DNA from: an uncultured Bacilli bacterium
GTDB taxonomy: Bacteria > Bacillota_I > Bacilli_A > RF39 > UBA660
Assembly: GCA_934089255.1 (NCBI GenBank)
Contig: CAKOJI010000002.1
Location: forward strand, 606-64,605
Direction of reading: 5' to 3'
DNA length: 64,000 nt
In this document: piece by piece, positions 30,031 through 40,171 of the stretch
Layout of the letters: every line of letters starts with the position of its first letter
How positions within the stretch are numbered: position 1 is the first letter of the stretch
Notes under the pieces: generated by a model
What the model was told of the DNA's origin: nothing
Seen by the model: the letters and a program-made list of their open reading frames with translations, nothing else
Databases searched by the model: none
Position numbers and translations under genes: made by a program

Positions 30031-30729
30031 ATGAAGGATAATAATAAAGGTTCAATGATAATTTTAACCGTAATCGGTATAGCAACACTTTTAGTTGCAG
30101 TAATAGGTGCAACATTTGCGTATTTTACAGTTACGATTAAAGGAAATCCAACTGCACCAAACGTAACAGTACAATCAAAAACTTTAGGAGTTATAGAATT
30201 TGAAACATTAAATCAAATTAATTATACAAACTTAATACCAGGAAGACCTGTTTGGGAAACAGGACAAACACCAACAAACAAATTAAATTTTACAGTTACA
30301 AGTGCTGTTGATGCTTCAAGTAATGAAAAATATGTTGTTTGGTTAAATGTAGATTCAAACGATTTTGTTACAGATAATGTAGTATATTTATTAACGGAAA
30401 CAGAAAAAGGTACAAATAGTGTATTAGGTGGGCAATATTTTACAGACGACAATTACGTTAACCATACATTTGCAGGAGATACTACACCAACAAAATTAGG
30501 ATTTATAAAAGCTGGATTTACTGGAAAAATGAAAATAGGTACTGCAGAATTAGGAAGCCTAGGTTCAAAAGATAAATGGGAATTTGAAATATGGGTAAAT
30601 GAAATTGGTAAAGAACAAAACGAAGACCAAGGTAAAACAATAAGAGCATATATAACAATAGACTTAGAAGATCCAGAACCACAAACAAACGAAAAAAATT
30701 ATGATCCAACAAAAGATCAAACTCCATAG
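30031..30729 (+). CDS. TasA/camelysin-like secreted protein with SipW-type signal peptide
   Basis: N-terminus ..ATLLVAVIGATFAYFT matches the SipW-dependent signal motif (G.TFAYF). NLIPGRPV resembles the camelysin-family strand; the gene precedes a SipW-type peptidase. Confidence 0.7.
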   Translation: MKDNNKGSMIILTVIGIATLLVAVIGATFAYFTVTIKGNPTAPNVTVQSKTLGVIEFETLNQINYTNLIPGRPVWETGQTPTNKLNFTVTSAVDASSNEKYVVWLNVDSNDFVTDNVVYLLTETEKGTNSVLGGQYFTDDNYVNHTFAGDTTPTKLGFIKAGFTGKMKIGTAELGSLGSKDKWEFEIWVNEIGKEQNEDQGKTIRAYITIDLEDPEPQTNEKNYDPTKDQTP

Positions 30730-30810
30730 TGAGTTTTTTTCTTTGAATTTATCATTGAATTATTTAATATGTTAATATATAATAATTATAGAAACTAGTT
30801 CGGTGATAAA

Positions 30811-31542
30811 ATGGAAAAAATGAATAAAAGGGAAAAAAGAAAATTAATTAGATATTACATTAATAAAATAAGTAAATTGTTTTCTTATGCAATAATCGTT
30901 GCATTAATATTTTTAGGTATATTTTTTGCATATTACTTTGTATCACTAAAAATGTATGAAAAAAATCCAACAATAAATATACCAAAGTTTGGATTATATA
31001 CAATAATAAGTCCTAGTATGGAACCAAATGTTAGGGTTTACGACGTTGTAGTAGACTTAAATATATTTAGTGAAAAAAGCATAAAAGAAGGAGATATAAT
31101 TACATTTATCTCTAATAGTAATGTATCTAAAGGATTAACAGTAACCCATAGAGTAGTTAAAGTAATAACAAATGCTGATGGAACAAAATCATATTTAACA
31201 AAAGGAGATAATAACTTAAAAGTTGACCAATCACCAGTAAATTACGATGATATACTAGGAAAAGTATTATTTAAAATTCCACAACTAGGAAGAATACAAT
31301 TCTTAATTGCAGACAAATTTGGTTGGATACTAGTAGTTTTATTACCAGCATTAGGAGTAATTATATATGATTTTATAAAACTATTTAGACTCTTAGCCTT
31401 TAATAGTAAATTTATGAGATTAGGTGCTTATAATAAAAAAATAGAAACTGAAATAGATGTAGACGATTTAAATCAATTAAGAACAGGTTTAAGTACAGTA
31501 AAAAAATTCTATAAAAGAGATAATAAAGAAGAGTATCGTTAG
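30811..31542 (+). CDS. sipW: Signal peptidase I, SipW (archaeal/ER) type
   Basis: SPSMEP (Ser nucleophile), GDIITF, THRVV (His), TKGDNN; C-terminal TM extension. Confidence 0.85.
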   Translation: MEKMNKREKRKLIRYYINKISKLFSYAIIVALIFLGIFFAYYFVSLKMYEKNPTINIPKFGLYTIISPSMEPNVRVYDVVVDLNIFSEKSIKEGDIITFISNSNVSKGLTVTHRVVKVITNADGTKSYLTKGDNNLKVDQSPVNYDDILGKVLFKIPQLGRIQFLIADKFGWILVVLLPALGVIIYDFIKLFRLLAFNSKFMRLGAYNKKIETEIDVDDLNQLRTGLSTVKKFYKRDNKEEYR

Positions 31543-31602
31543 ATACTTTTTTTAAATTTGATATCGACAAATTTTTTTGATATAATATAAATTGTGATAA
31601 TT

Positions 31603-32352
31603 ATGAGAAAGATAGCAATACAAATATTTATAGTAATAATAGGAATAATGCTTTCAGTAGCAGGCTTCCTAGGAGTAAGAAAATATTTCTATAAAAATTA
31701 TTTTGAAAAATCAAAATATACATTAGCATATAATAACATTAAAGATATATCAAATTCTCCAAATATTATAGAAAATAATAATGAAGTAATAGATGAAAAC
31801 TTAATAATTAATGAAGAAACTACTACAACTACTATGAAACCAATAACTACTATAGAAACCACTACTACATTAAAAAATAATACTACAGAAGAAGTTATAA
31901 TAAATGCTCCTACTATAAAAGATAGTAGTGATATAGTTTTTGACGGACTAACTATAAAAGAGTTAACAGATAAATTAAATAAGAATTTAAATTCAAATTT
32001 AACAAATACAGGTTACTATTTTGCAGAGTATTATCTTAAAACAGGTTTAGATCCATATTTAGCAGTTGCAATAGTATTACACGAAACTGGATGCAAATGG
32101 ACTTGTAGCAAATTAGTTAGAGAATGTAATAATGTTGGTGGAATGAAGGGTAATAGTGAAAAATGCAACGGTGGTTCATATTCAAAATATGATTCATTAG
32201 AAACTGGAATAAATGCATATTTAGACATGCTATACAATAGCTATTACAGTAAAGGACTAACAACTCCTGAATTAATAAATCCTAAATATGCTGCTAGTAC
32301 AACTTGGAGTTCTAAAATAAATAATTATATAGAAATAATTAAAGCAAGTTAG
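31603..32352 (+). CDS. Membrane-anchored glucosaminidase-domain (LytD/FlgJ-like) peptidoglycan hydrolase
   Basis: N-terminal TM, Thr-rich linker, then LDPYLAVAIVLHETG...NNVGGMKG...YDSLETGINAYLDML, typical of the mannosyl-glycoprotein endo-beta-N-acetylglucosaminidase domain. Confidence 0.7.
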   Translation: MRKIAIQIFIVIIGIMLSVAGFLGVRKYFYKNYFEKSKYTLAYNNIKDISNSPNIIENNNEVIDENLIINEETTTTTMKPITTIETTTTLKNNTTEEVIINAPTIKDSSDIVFDGLTIKELTDKLNKNLNSNLTNTGYYFAEYYLKTGLDPYLAVAIVLHETGCKWTCSKLVRECNNVGGMKGNSEKCNGGSYSKYDSLETGINAYLDMLYNSYYSKGLTTPELINPKYAASTTWSSKINNYIEIIKAS

Positions 32353-32388
32353 TATTTACAAAAACGATAATTATGTTATAATAAATTT

Positions 32389-32517
32389 GTTAACGAAGAA
32401 AGGATTTACGCCCCTGGAGTTAAAACGTTAATCGCGTTAAGATATTAAAGTATGATACATTCATAGAATTAAGGTGGTACCGCGGTTTTTCGCCCTTAAA
32501 CTATGAATGTTTTTTTT
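32389..32517 (+). promoter_or_regulatory. T-box riboswitch leader (compact), probably Tyr-specific, with terminator
   Basis: AATTAAGGTGGTACCGCG (32467-32484) is the T-box motif. Terminator CATTCATAGAATTAAGG / CCTTAAACTATGAATG plus T8 (32458-32517). UAC triplet at 32407-32409. Promoter TTTACA N16 TGtTATAAT at 32355-32382. Confidence 0.8.
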
Positions 32518-32526
32518 GGAGGAAAT

Positions 32527-33147
32527 ATGATAAAAAGAATTATATTTGATATTGATAATACACTGCTAGATACATATAAAGATTGTATAGAAACATATCA
32601 AAAATATGCTAAAAAAATAAAACTAAGTATTTCTGCAGAAGATATTTATAACATATTTGATGAGTACGAAAAAAATAACGGAAATTATAACAAAAATGAT
32701 TTAGCAGTATTTTTAGGAAAAAAATTAAATATTAAATATACTGAATCTGATTTAAACGATTTATTAGATTTATATAGTAAACATTCAACTTTACTAAACG
32801 ATAAAACAGAAGAAATATTTGCTTTTTTATCAGAAAAATATGAAATAGTTGCTCTTTCAAACTGGTATAAAGAAATACAATATAAAAGATTAAAAAAATC
32901 AAACATTAGTAAATATTTTAAAGAAATTTATGGTTTAGAAGATGGTATAAAACCAAATGAATTAGTATTTAAAAAATCTTGTGGAAAATATAAATATAAT
33001 GAGTGTTTAATAATTGGTGATAGCATAAATAGTGATATTTTAGTACCAAAAAAATTAGGAATGAAAACAATTTACTTTAATAAAAATTTAAAAGAAAATA
33101 ATAAAGAAGAAATAAATAACTTGTTAGAATTAAAAAACATATTATAG
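32527..33147 (+). CDS. HAD-superfamily hydrolase
   Basis: IIFDIDNTLLDT (motif I DxDxT), IGDSINSDI (motif IV). Start moved to ATG 32527 (ggagg RBS) because track start 32503 lies inside the T-box terminator stem. Confidence 0.8.
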   Translation: MIKRIIFDIDNTLLDTYKDCIETYQKYAKKIKLSISAEDIYNIFDEYEKNNGNYNKNDLAVFLGKKLNIKYTESDLNDLLDLYSKHSTLLNDKTEEIFAFLSEKYEIVALSNWYKEIQYKRLKKSNISKYFKEIYGLEDGIKPNELVFKKSCGKYKYNECLIIGDSINSDILVPKKLGMKTIYFNKNLKENNKEEINNLLELKNIL

Positions 33148-33162
33148 AAAGAAGGAATATTT

Positions 33163-34389
33163 ATGAAATTATATGATGAATTAAAATGGAGAGGACTAAT
33201 AAAAGATGTAAGTAGTCCAGATTTAGAAAACAAATTAAATAATGAAAGTATTACATTTTACTGGGGAACAGATCCAACAGCAGATAGTTTACATATTGGA
33301 CATTATTCATCACTAATTACTGCAAAAAGATTAATGAGAGCAGGGCATCATCCAATATTATTAGTAGGTGGCGCAACAGGTTTAATAGGAGATCCTAGAC
33401 CAACTGCAGAAAGAGAAATAATATCAAAAGAAACTGTAAACAAAAACTTTGCGGGCTTAAAAGAACAGGTATCAAGAATTCTAGAAGGAAAAGCTGAAAT
33501 AGTTAACAATTATGACTGGATGCAAAATTATAATTATCTAGAATTTTTAAGAGATATAGGAAAATATATAAATGTTAATTATATGCTAGCAAAAGACATA
33601 ATAAGTAGAAGACTAGAAACAGGTATAACTTACGCTGAGTTTTCATATACACTTATACAAGGTTATGATTTCTTACACTTATTTAAAGATAAAGGATGTA
33701 TTTTACAAGCGGCAGGAAGTGACCAATGGGGTAATATTACTACAGGTATAGAATTAATAAAAAAAATAGAAGGTAAAGAAGCTTACGGATTTACTATGCC
33801 TTTAATATTAGATGCTAATGGAAATAAATTTGGAAAAAGTGAAGGAAATGCACTATGGTTAGATAAAACAAAGACTTCTAGTTACGAATTATATCAATAT
33901 TTAATTAATTCGGATGATTCTAAAGTAGAAGAATATTTAAAAGTATTTACATTCTTAACAAAAGAAGAAATAGAAAAAATTATGACCGAACACAACGATG
34001 CACCACATTTAAGAATTGCACAAAAAAGATTAGCAAAAGAATTTATAACTGATTTACACGGCGAAGAAGAATTTAACAAAGCTTTAAAAATAAGTGAATG
34101 TTTATTTAGTGGAAAAATAAATGAATTAACAAAAGTAGAAATAGAAGATGCATTTAAAGGAGTACCAACTTTCAACTTAATATTAAATGAAACTATATTA
34201 GATACTTTAGTAAATAACAAAATCGCAGTTAGTAAAAGAGAAGCAAGAGAATTCTTAAATAATAATAGTATTACTATAAACGGAGAAAAAATAAATGATG
34301 AAAATACTATAATAAATGAAAATTTATTATTACATAAAAAATATTTAATCATAAGAAAAGGTAAGAAAAAATATTATATAGGAAAATAA
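33163..34389 (+). CDS. tyrS: Tyrosine--tRNA ligase
   Basis: DPTADSLHIGH (HIGH), KFGKS (KMSKS), C-terminal S4 domain. Confidence 0.97.
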   Translation: MKLYDELKWRGLIKDVSSPDLENKLNNESITFYWGTDPTADSLHIGHYSSLITAKRLMRAGHHPILLVGGATGLIGDPRPTAEREIISKETVNKNFAGLKEQVSRILEGKAEIVNNYDWMQNYNYLEFLRDIGKYINVNYMLAKDIISRRLETGITYAEFSYTLIQGYDFLHLFKDKGCILQAAGSDQWGNITTGIELIKKIEGKEAYGFTMPLILDANGNKFGKSEGNALWLDKTKTSSYELYQYLINSDDSKVEEYLKVFTFLTKEEIEKIMTEHNDAPHLRIAQKRLAKEFITDLHGEEEFNKALKISECLFSGKINELTKVEIEDAFKGVPTFNLILNETILDTLVNNKIAVSKREAREFLNNNSITINGEKINDENTIINENLLLHKKYLIIRKGKKKYYIGK

Positions 34390-34496
34390 TTTAAATAATA
34401 AAAAAATATTATAAAAAACTATGCTAACTCTTTTTAATGATTAATTGTATAAAAAATATTTCTTTTAACCAAAATTACGTTGAAAGGAATTTTTTT

Positions 34497-35273
34497 ATGA
34501 GCAAATACAAAGTAGATATTACAGGAATAAATACAAATGAATTAAAAGTATTAAAAAACAAAGAAATGTTAGAATTATTTTTAAAATATCAAAACGGAGA
34601 TTTAAAAAGTAAAGAAGAATTAGTTAACGGAAACCTTAAACTAGTATTAAGTATTATAAAAAAATATAATAATGGAAAACACGACATGAATGACTTATTC
34701 CAAATAGGTTGTATAGGCCTAATTAAAGCGGTAGATAACTTCGATACATCATACAATGTACAATTTTCAACATATGCTGTGCCACTAATTTTAGGAGAAG
34801 TAAAAAGATTTATAAGAGATTCAACAGAAGTAAGAATAGCAAGAAGTATTAGAGATACAGCATATAAAATATTAAAGTTCAAAGATGAGTACTTATTAAA
34901 AAATGGAATCGAACCAAAAAACGATATAATATGTAAATCATTAGAAATAACTGATTACGATTTAGAATTAGCATTAAATAGTCTAAAAGAACCTATGAGT
35001 ATTTTTGAACCAATATATAATGATGGTGGAGATACAATATATCTAGCCGATCAAATAGCAGACATAAAAAATACTAATGAAGATAGAGACACTCTAATTA
35101 GTTTAAGAAAAGCACTATTAAAAATAAAACAAAGAGAAAGAAATATACTAACTGATAGATATATAGTTGGAAAAACACAAAGCGAAATTGCAAGTGAACT
35201 TGGTGTTAGTCAAGCACAAATATCTAGAATAGAAAAAAGTGCCATAAATAATGTTAAAAGACTAATAAAATGA
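34497..35273 (+). CDS. sigG: Sporulation sigma factor SigG-like
   Basis: KVDITGINTNELKVLKNKEM, LVNGNLKLVLSIIKKYNN, DLFQIGCIGLIKAVDNFD, FSTYAVPLILGEVKRFIRD, SIFEPIYNDGGDTIYLADQI, GVSQAQISRIEK. These follow B. subtilis SigG closely, closer than SigF. Confidence 0.85.
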   Translation: MSKYKVDITGINTNELKVLKNKEMLELFLKYQNGDLKSKEELVNGNLKLVLSIIKKYNNGKHDMNDLFQIGCIGLIKAVDNFDTSYNVQFSTYAVPLILGEVKRFIRDSTEVRIARSIRDTAYKILKFKDEYLLKNGIEPKNDIICKSLEITDYDLELALNSLKEPMSIFEPIYNDGGDTIYLADQIADIKNTNEDRDTLISLRKALLKIKQRERNILTDRYIVGKTQSEIASELGVSQAQISRIEKSAINNVKRLIK

Positions 35274-35296
35274 CATATAATTTTAATGGTGATGTA

Positions 35297-35518
35297 ATGA
35301 AAATAAGTGATTTACAAGATAAAGTTATAATAAATATAAAAGATGGAAAAAATATTGGCAAAATTGTTGACTTAGAAATATCAGAAACTGGAAATATTTT
35401 AAACTTTTATGCAATGCCAAGAAAACTATTTTACATATTTTCATCAAATAAAGAAACTATATTTACAATTAATGACATAAAAAAAATAGGAAAAGATGTA
35501 ATACTTGTTGAATTATGA
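35297..35518 (+). CDS. ylmC: YlmC/YmxH family (PRC-barrel) sporulation protein
   Basis: MKISDLQDKVIINIKDGKNIGKIVDLEISETGNI; about 73 aa; follows sigG as in Bacillus. Confidence 0.8.
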   Translation: MKISDLQDKVIINIKDGKNIGKIVDLEISETGNILNFYAMPRKLFYIFSSNKETIFTINDIKKIGKDVILVEL

Positions 35519-35549
35519 TAAATAGTTTATAATTAATTAGGTGAGATGA

Positions 35550-36038
35550 ATGCATAAAAAAATATACATACTAACAACTATATTTTTTATTCTTGATCAA
35601 ATATCAAAATCAATAATAAGTACTTTTTTATCATTAAACGAAAATATAGTTATAATAAAAAACTTTTTTTCTATCAATTATATAAATAACAAAGGTGCTT
35701 CTTGGGGAATATTATCTAATGCTAGAATACTTTTAATAGTATTAAGTATAATATGTATAATAATTTTATTTAGATATATGAACACTTTTAAAATAAATAA
35801 AAGAAATATATTAGCATTTGGTATGATATTAGGTGGAATACTAGGAAATTTATCAGATAGAATATTTTTTGGATATGTAATTGATTTTTTAAATTTTAAA
35901 ATAATTAATTATAATTTTCCAGTATTTAATCTAGCAGATACATTTATAGTTGTAGGTGTAATATTATTAATTATTGCAATAATAAAGGGAGAAGACAAAA
36001 ATGGAAGTAAAAGTAACGGAAGAAAACGAAAGAATTGA
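35550..36038 (+). CDS. lspA: Lipoprotein signal peptidase (signal peptidase II)
   Basis: DQISK, NKGASWGI, GGILGNLSDR, FPVFNLADTFI motifs. Confidence 0.92.
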   Translation: MHKKIYILTTIFFILDQISKSIISTFLSLNENIVIIKNFFSINYINNKGASWGILSNARILLIVLSIICIIILFRYMNTFKINKRNILAFGMILGGILGNLSDRIFFGYVIDFLNFKIINYNFPVFNLADTFIVVGVILLIIAIIKGEDKNGSKSNGRKRKN

Positions 36039-36891
36039 TAAATACATAGCAAAAACAACAGATTTATCAAGAACTTTAATATCAAAAATGATAGATAATG
36101 GTTTCATATTAGTAAATAATAAGAAAACAAAAAACAATTATAAAGTAAAATTAAATGATATAATAACAATAGATGAAAATTACAAAGAATCAACTGATGT
36201 TTTACCAGAAAAGATGGATTTAAATATTGTCTATGAAGATAATGATATATTAATTATTAATAAACCATCTGGAATGGTAGTTCATCCTGGAAATGGAAAT
36301 TATAGTGGTACATTAGTAAATGGATTAATGTACTACACAAATAATTTGAGTAGTGTAAATGGAGAAATTAGACCAGGTATAGTACATAGAATTGATAAAG
36401 ATACAAGTGGATTAATAATAGTAGCAAAAAATAATAAAGCACACGAAATACTAAGTAATTATTTTCAAAATAAAACAATAACAAGAACTTACATAGCATT
36501 AGTAAAAGGTGAATTAAAAACCAATTCTGCTACAATAGACGCTCCTATTGGAAGAAGTGAAAAAGATAGAAAAAAAATGGCTGTTACAAGCAAAAATTCT
36601 AAAAATGCTGTAACACATTTAACAGTTTTAAAAAGATATAAAGGATATACTTTAGTTAAGTTGAAACTAGATACTGGAAGAACTCATCAAATAAGAGTTC
36701 ATATGCAATATATAGGCCACCCTGTATACAACGATCCAGTATACACAAATGATAAATGTAGTGAGTTTGGACAATTCCTACACTCTTATTCAATGGAATT
36801 TGTTCACCCAATAACAAAAGAAAAAATGTATTTTGAGTGTCCATTACCAGACTATTTTGAAGACTTTCTAAAATGTTTAGAAGAAAAATAA
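36001..36891 (+). CDS. rluD: 23S rRNA pseudouridine synthase RluD family
   Basis: S4 domain, VHRIDKDTSGLII (catalytic Asp), GRTHQIRVH. Confidence 0.92.
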   Translation: MEVKVTEENERIDKYIAKTTDLSRTLISKMIDNGFILVNNKKTKNNYKVKLNDIITIDENYKESTDVLPEKMDLNIVYEDNDILIINKPSGMVVHPGNGNYSGTLVNGLMYYTNNLSSVNGEIRPGIVHRIDKDTSGLIIVAKNNKAHEILSNYFQNKTITRTYIALVKGELKTNSATIDAPIGRSEKDRKKMAVTSKNSKNAVTHLTVLKRYKGYTLVKLKLDTGRTHQIRVHMQYIGHPVYNDPVYTNDKCSEFGQFLHSYSMEFVHPITKEKMYFECPLPDYFEDFLKCLEEK

Positions 36892-36904
36892 GTTTTAAGT
36901 GAAC

Positions 36905-37234
36905 TTATTTTTTTAAATTATAACTTAAATACTTAAAAGTAATTAAAAGTAATATTGCATTAATCAAAGAAAAAATATAATTATTAAAATAAAATAATAT
37001 AATATTAAAAGACTGTGTTATTATCCATATTAAAACATAACTTAATAAGATATCTTTATTATATAAATCATATTTAATTAAATTATATAAAAATAAAGAT
37101 AAACAAAAATAGAATATTATTGATAAACTAATATAAATAGTAATTAAAAAATCTACATTTGTAATAAAAGGTAAAAAGATAATACTAAATAACCAAGGAA
37201 CAAATAAAATACTAAAAGATATAATTTTTTTCAT
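36905..37234 (-). CDS. Small multi-TM membrane protein, unknown function
   Basis: Three or four hydrophobic segments; ATG 37234 after aaagga. Confidence 0.5.
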   Translation of the reverse strand: MKKIISFSILFVPWLFSIIFLPFITNVDFLITIYISLSIIFYFCLSLFLYNLIKYDLYNKDILLSYVLIWIITQSFNIILFYFNNYIFSLINAILLLITFKYLSYNLKK

Positions 37235-37298
37235 AGTCATTTCCTTTACTTAAAATTAACTTTGTTATAAAATATATATATGCAGGAAGGTGATATAA

Positions 37299-38441
37299 AT
37301 GAATGGTTCTATTACAATTTCAGAAAAAGATGAGTTAATAATGAAACTTGTACATTATTTTGTAACTAAAGAAAATTACGCTCCTATTTTAGTTAATGGA
37401 GTACAAAATGAAATATGGTTAGAAAATTTAGACGCATATTATAAAATAATAAGAATTAATTCAAACTACATCCATAATAAAGAACAATATGATTTTGACT
37501 TATTTAAAGTAACAAACGTATGTAAACAAATTAGCAAAAAAACACTAACTAGGAAAATAAAAACATTAAATATTTTTACAGACGCAAACGAAAGTGTAAA
37601 AGTAGAAAATAATAAAAATATAGATAATTTAATTATTAATGATGCAGATGAATTAGAAGAAAGCAATGGACTTGTATCACTTTTTCCACAAATTAAAGAA
37701 GAAAATATTGATGGTTTACACGGGTTAGATTTTTTAGTAAACGTATCAAACGATATTAATAAAAAAACAGAAAATGATAATAAGTTTTATGAAAGTGTAT
37801 TTAAACCAAAAAAAATTATAGCAACAAAAGTTTTAATTGGAATAAATATAGTGGTATTTTTAATAACATTTATTTTATCAAAAACAAACATTTTTGATGT
37901 ATTTACTAAATTTGCATTGAATAAATATTACTTTCAAAATGGAGAAATATATAGATTAATTACGTGTGGTTTTCTACACGCAGATATTATTCACTTACTT
38001 TGTAATATGTATTCACTAAGTATTATTGGAACACAAATAGAAAACTTTATTGGAAAAAAGAAATTTTTAATAGTTTATTTCGTTAGCTTATTAACAGGAA
38101 GTTTATTATCTTGCATACTTAATACTGGATGGAGTGTAGGAGCAAGTGGTGCAATATTTGGATTAATAGGTGCTTTAGTATATTTTGGATATCACTATAG
38201 AATATATTTAGGCTCTGTTTTAAAAAACCAATTAATACCCTTATTAATATTAAATTTAGGAATAGGTTTTATAATACCTAACATAGATATAAGTGCACAT
38301 ATAGGCGGATTAGTAGGAGGATTACTTACTACAATGAGTTTAGGAATTGAAAAAAAATCAGACAAAAAAGATGTATTAAATGGAACAATATGCCTAATAA
38401 CTTTAATATTATTTTTACTATTTATTTTATACACTCGTTAA
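37299..38441 (+). CDS. Rhomboid-family intramembrane serine protease with N-terminal cytoplasmic domain
   Basis: YRLITCGFLHADIIHL, GASGAIFGL (catalytic Ser), AHIGGLVGG (catalytic His). Confidence 0.88.
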   Translation: MNGSITISEKDELIMKLVHYFVTKENYAPILVNGVQNEIWLENLDAYYKIIRINSNYIHNKEQYDFDLFKVTNVCKQISKKTLTRKIKTLNIFTDANESVKVENNKNIDNLIINDADELEESNGLVSLFPQIKEENIDGLHGLDFLVNVSNDINKKTENDNKFYESVFKPKKIIATKVLIGINIVVFLITFILSKTNIFDVFTKFALNKYYFQNGEIYRLITCGFLHADIIHLLCNMYSLSIIGTQIENFIGKKKFLIVYFVSLLTGSLLSCILNTGWSVGASGAIFGLIGALVYFGYHYRIYLGSVLKNQLIPLLILNLGIGFIIPNIDISAHIGGLVGGLLTTMSLGIEKKSDKKDVLNGTICLITLILFLLFILYTR

Positions 38442-38477
38442 TTTGACAAAAGCATAAAAGTATGGTAAACTGTATCT

Positions 38478-38530
38478 ACCAATGGGGGTTGGAAGTTACA
38501 TAAAAAACAAAACTCCATTGAGGAGTTTTT
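38478..38530 (+). ncRNA. Candidate ~53-nt small RNA or leader between two near-consensus promoters
   Basis: Promoter TTGACA (38443-38448) N17 TGgTAAACT, hairpin CCAA-UGGGGG-UUGG, terminator AAAACTCC attg AGGAGTTTTT (38509-38530). The hairpin could equally be just the rhomboid terminator. Confidence 0.3.
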
Positions 38531-38535
38531 AACAT

Positions 38536-38564
38536 TTGACAAATTTAAATAAAAATGTTAAAAT
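38536..38564 (+). promoter_or_regulatory. Promoter of the 38622 gene
   Basis: TTGACA (38536-38541) N17 TGtTAAAAT (extended -10, 38556-38564). Confidence 0.65.
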
Positions 38565-38621
38565 ACTCTACAACTTTAGAAGTTTAGTACAGATTTAGTT
38601 CTTAGAAGGGGGATATGAGAT

Positions 38622-40076
<1,455 letters not shown>

Positions 40077-40080
40077 AAAA

Positions 40081-40107
40081 AGTCTTGTCTAACAAGATTT
40101 TTTTTAT
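40081..40107 (+). terminator. Terminator of the 38622 gene
   Basis: TCTTGT cta ACAAGA plus a T-run. Confidence 0.65.
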
Positions 40108-40130
40108 TTCATATTTTATTTTACACAAAT

Positions 40131-40158
40131 AAAAACCTCGTTTCATAGAAACGGGGTT
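40131..40158 (-). terminator. Terminator of the convergent 40172..41281 gene
   Basis: Minus strand reads CCCCGTTT ctat GAAACGAGG TTTTT. Confidence 0.65.
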
Positions 40159-40171
40159 GATATCATAAACA

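Noticed and set aside
32503-32526. Track start codon ATG 32503 for the HAD gene (MNVFFGGN...)
   Set aside because: The ATG is part of the 3' arm of the T-box terminator (CTATGAATG) followed by the U-run. ATG 32527 has a ggagg RBS and gives the canonical HAD N-terminus.
36001-36038. 38-nt overlap of lspA and rluD as a possible programmed frameshift or fusion
   Set aside because: rluD has its own RBS (agggaga) and ATG, and lspA ends with a normal stop. Ordinary overlapping operon genes.
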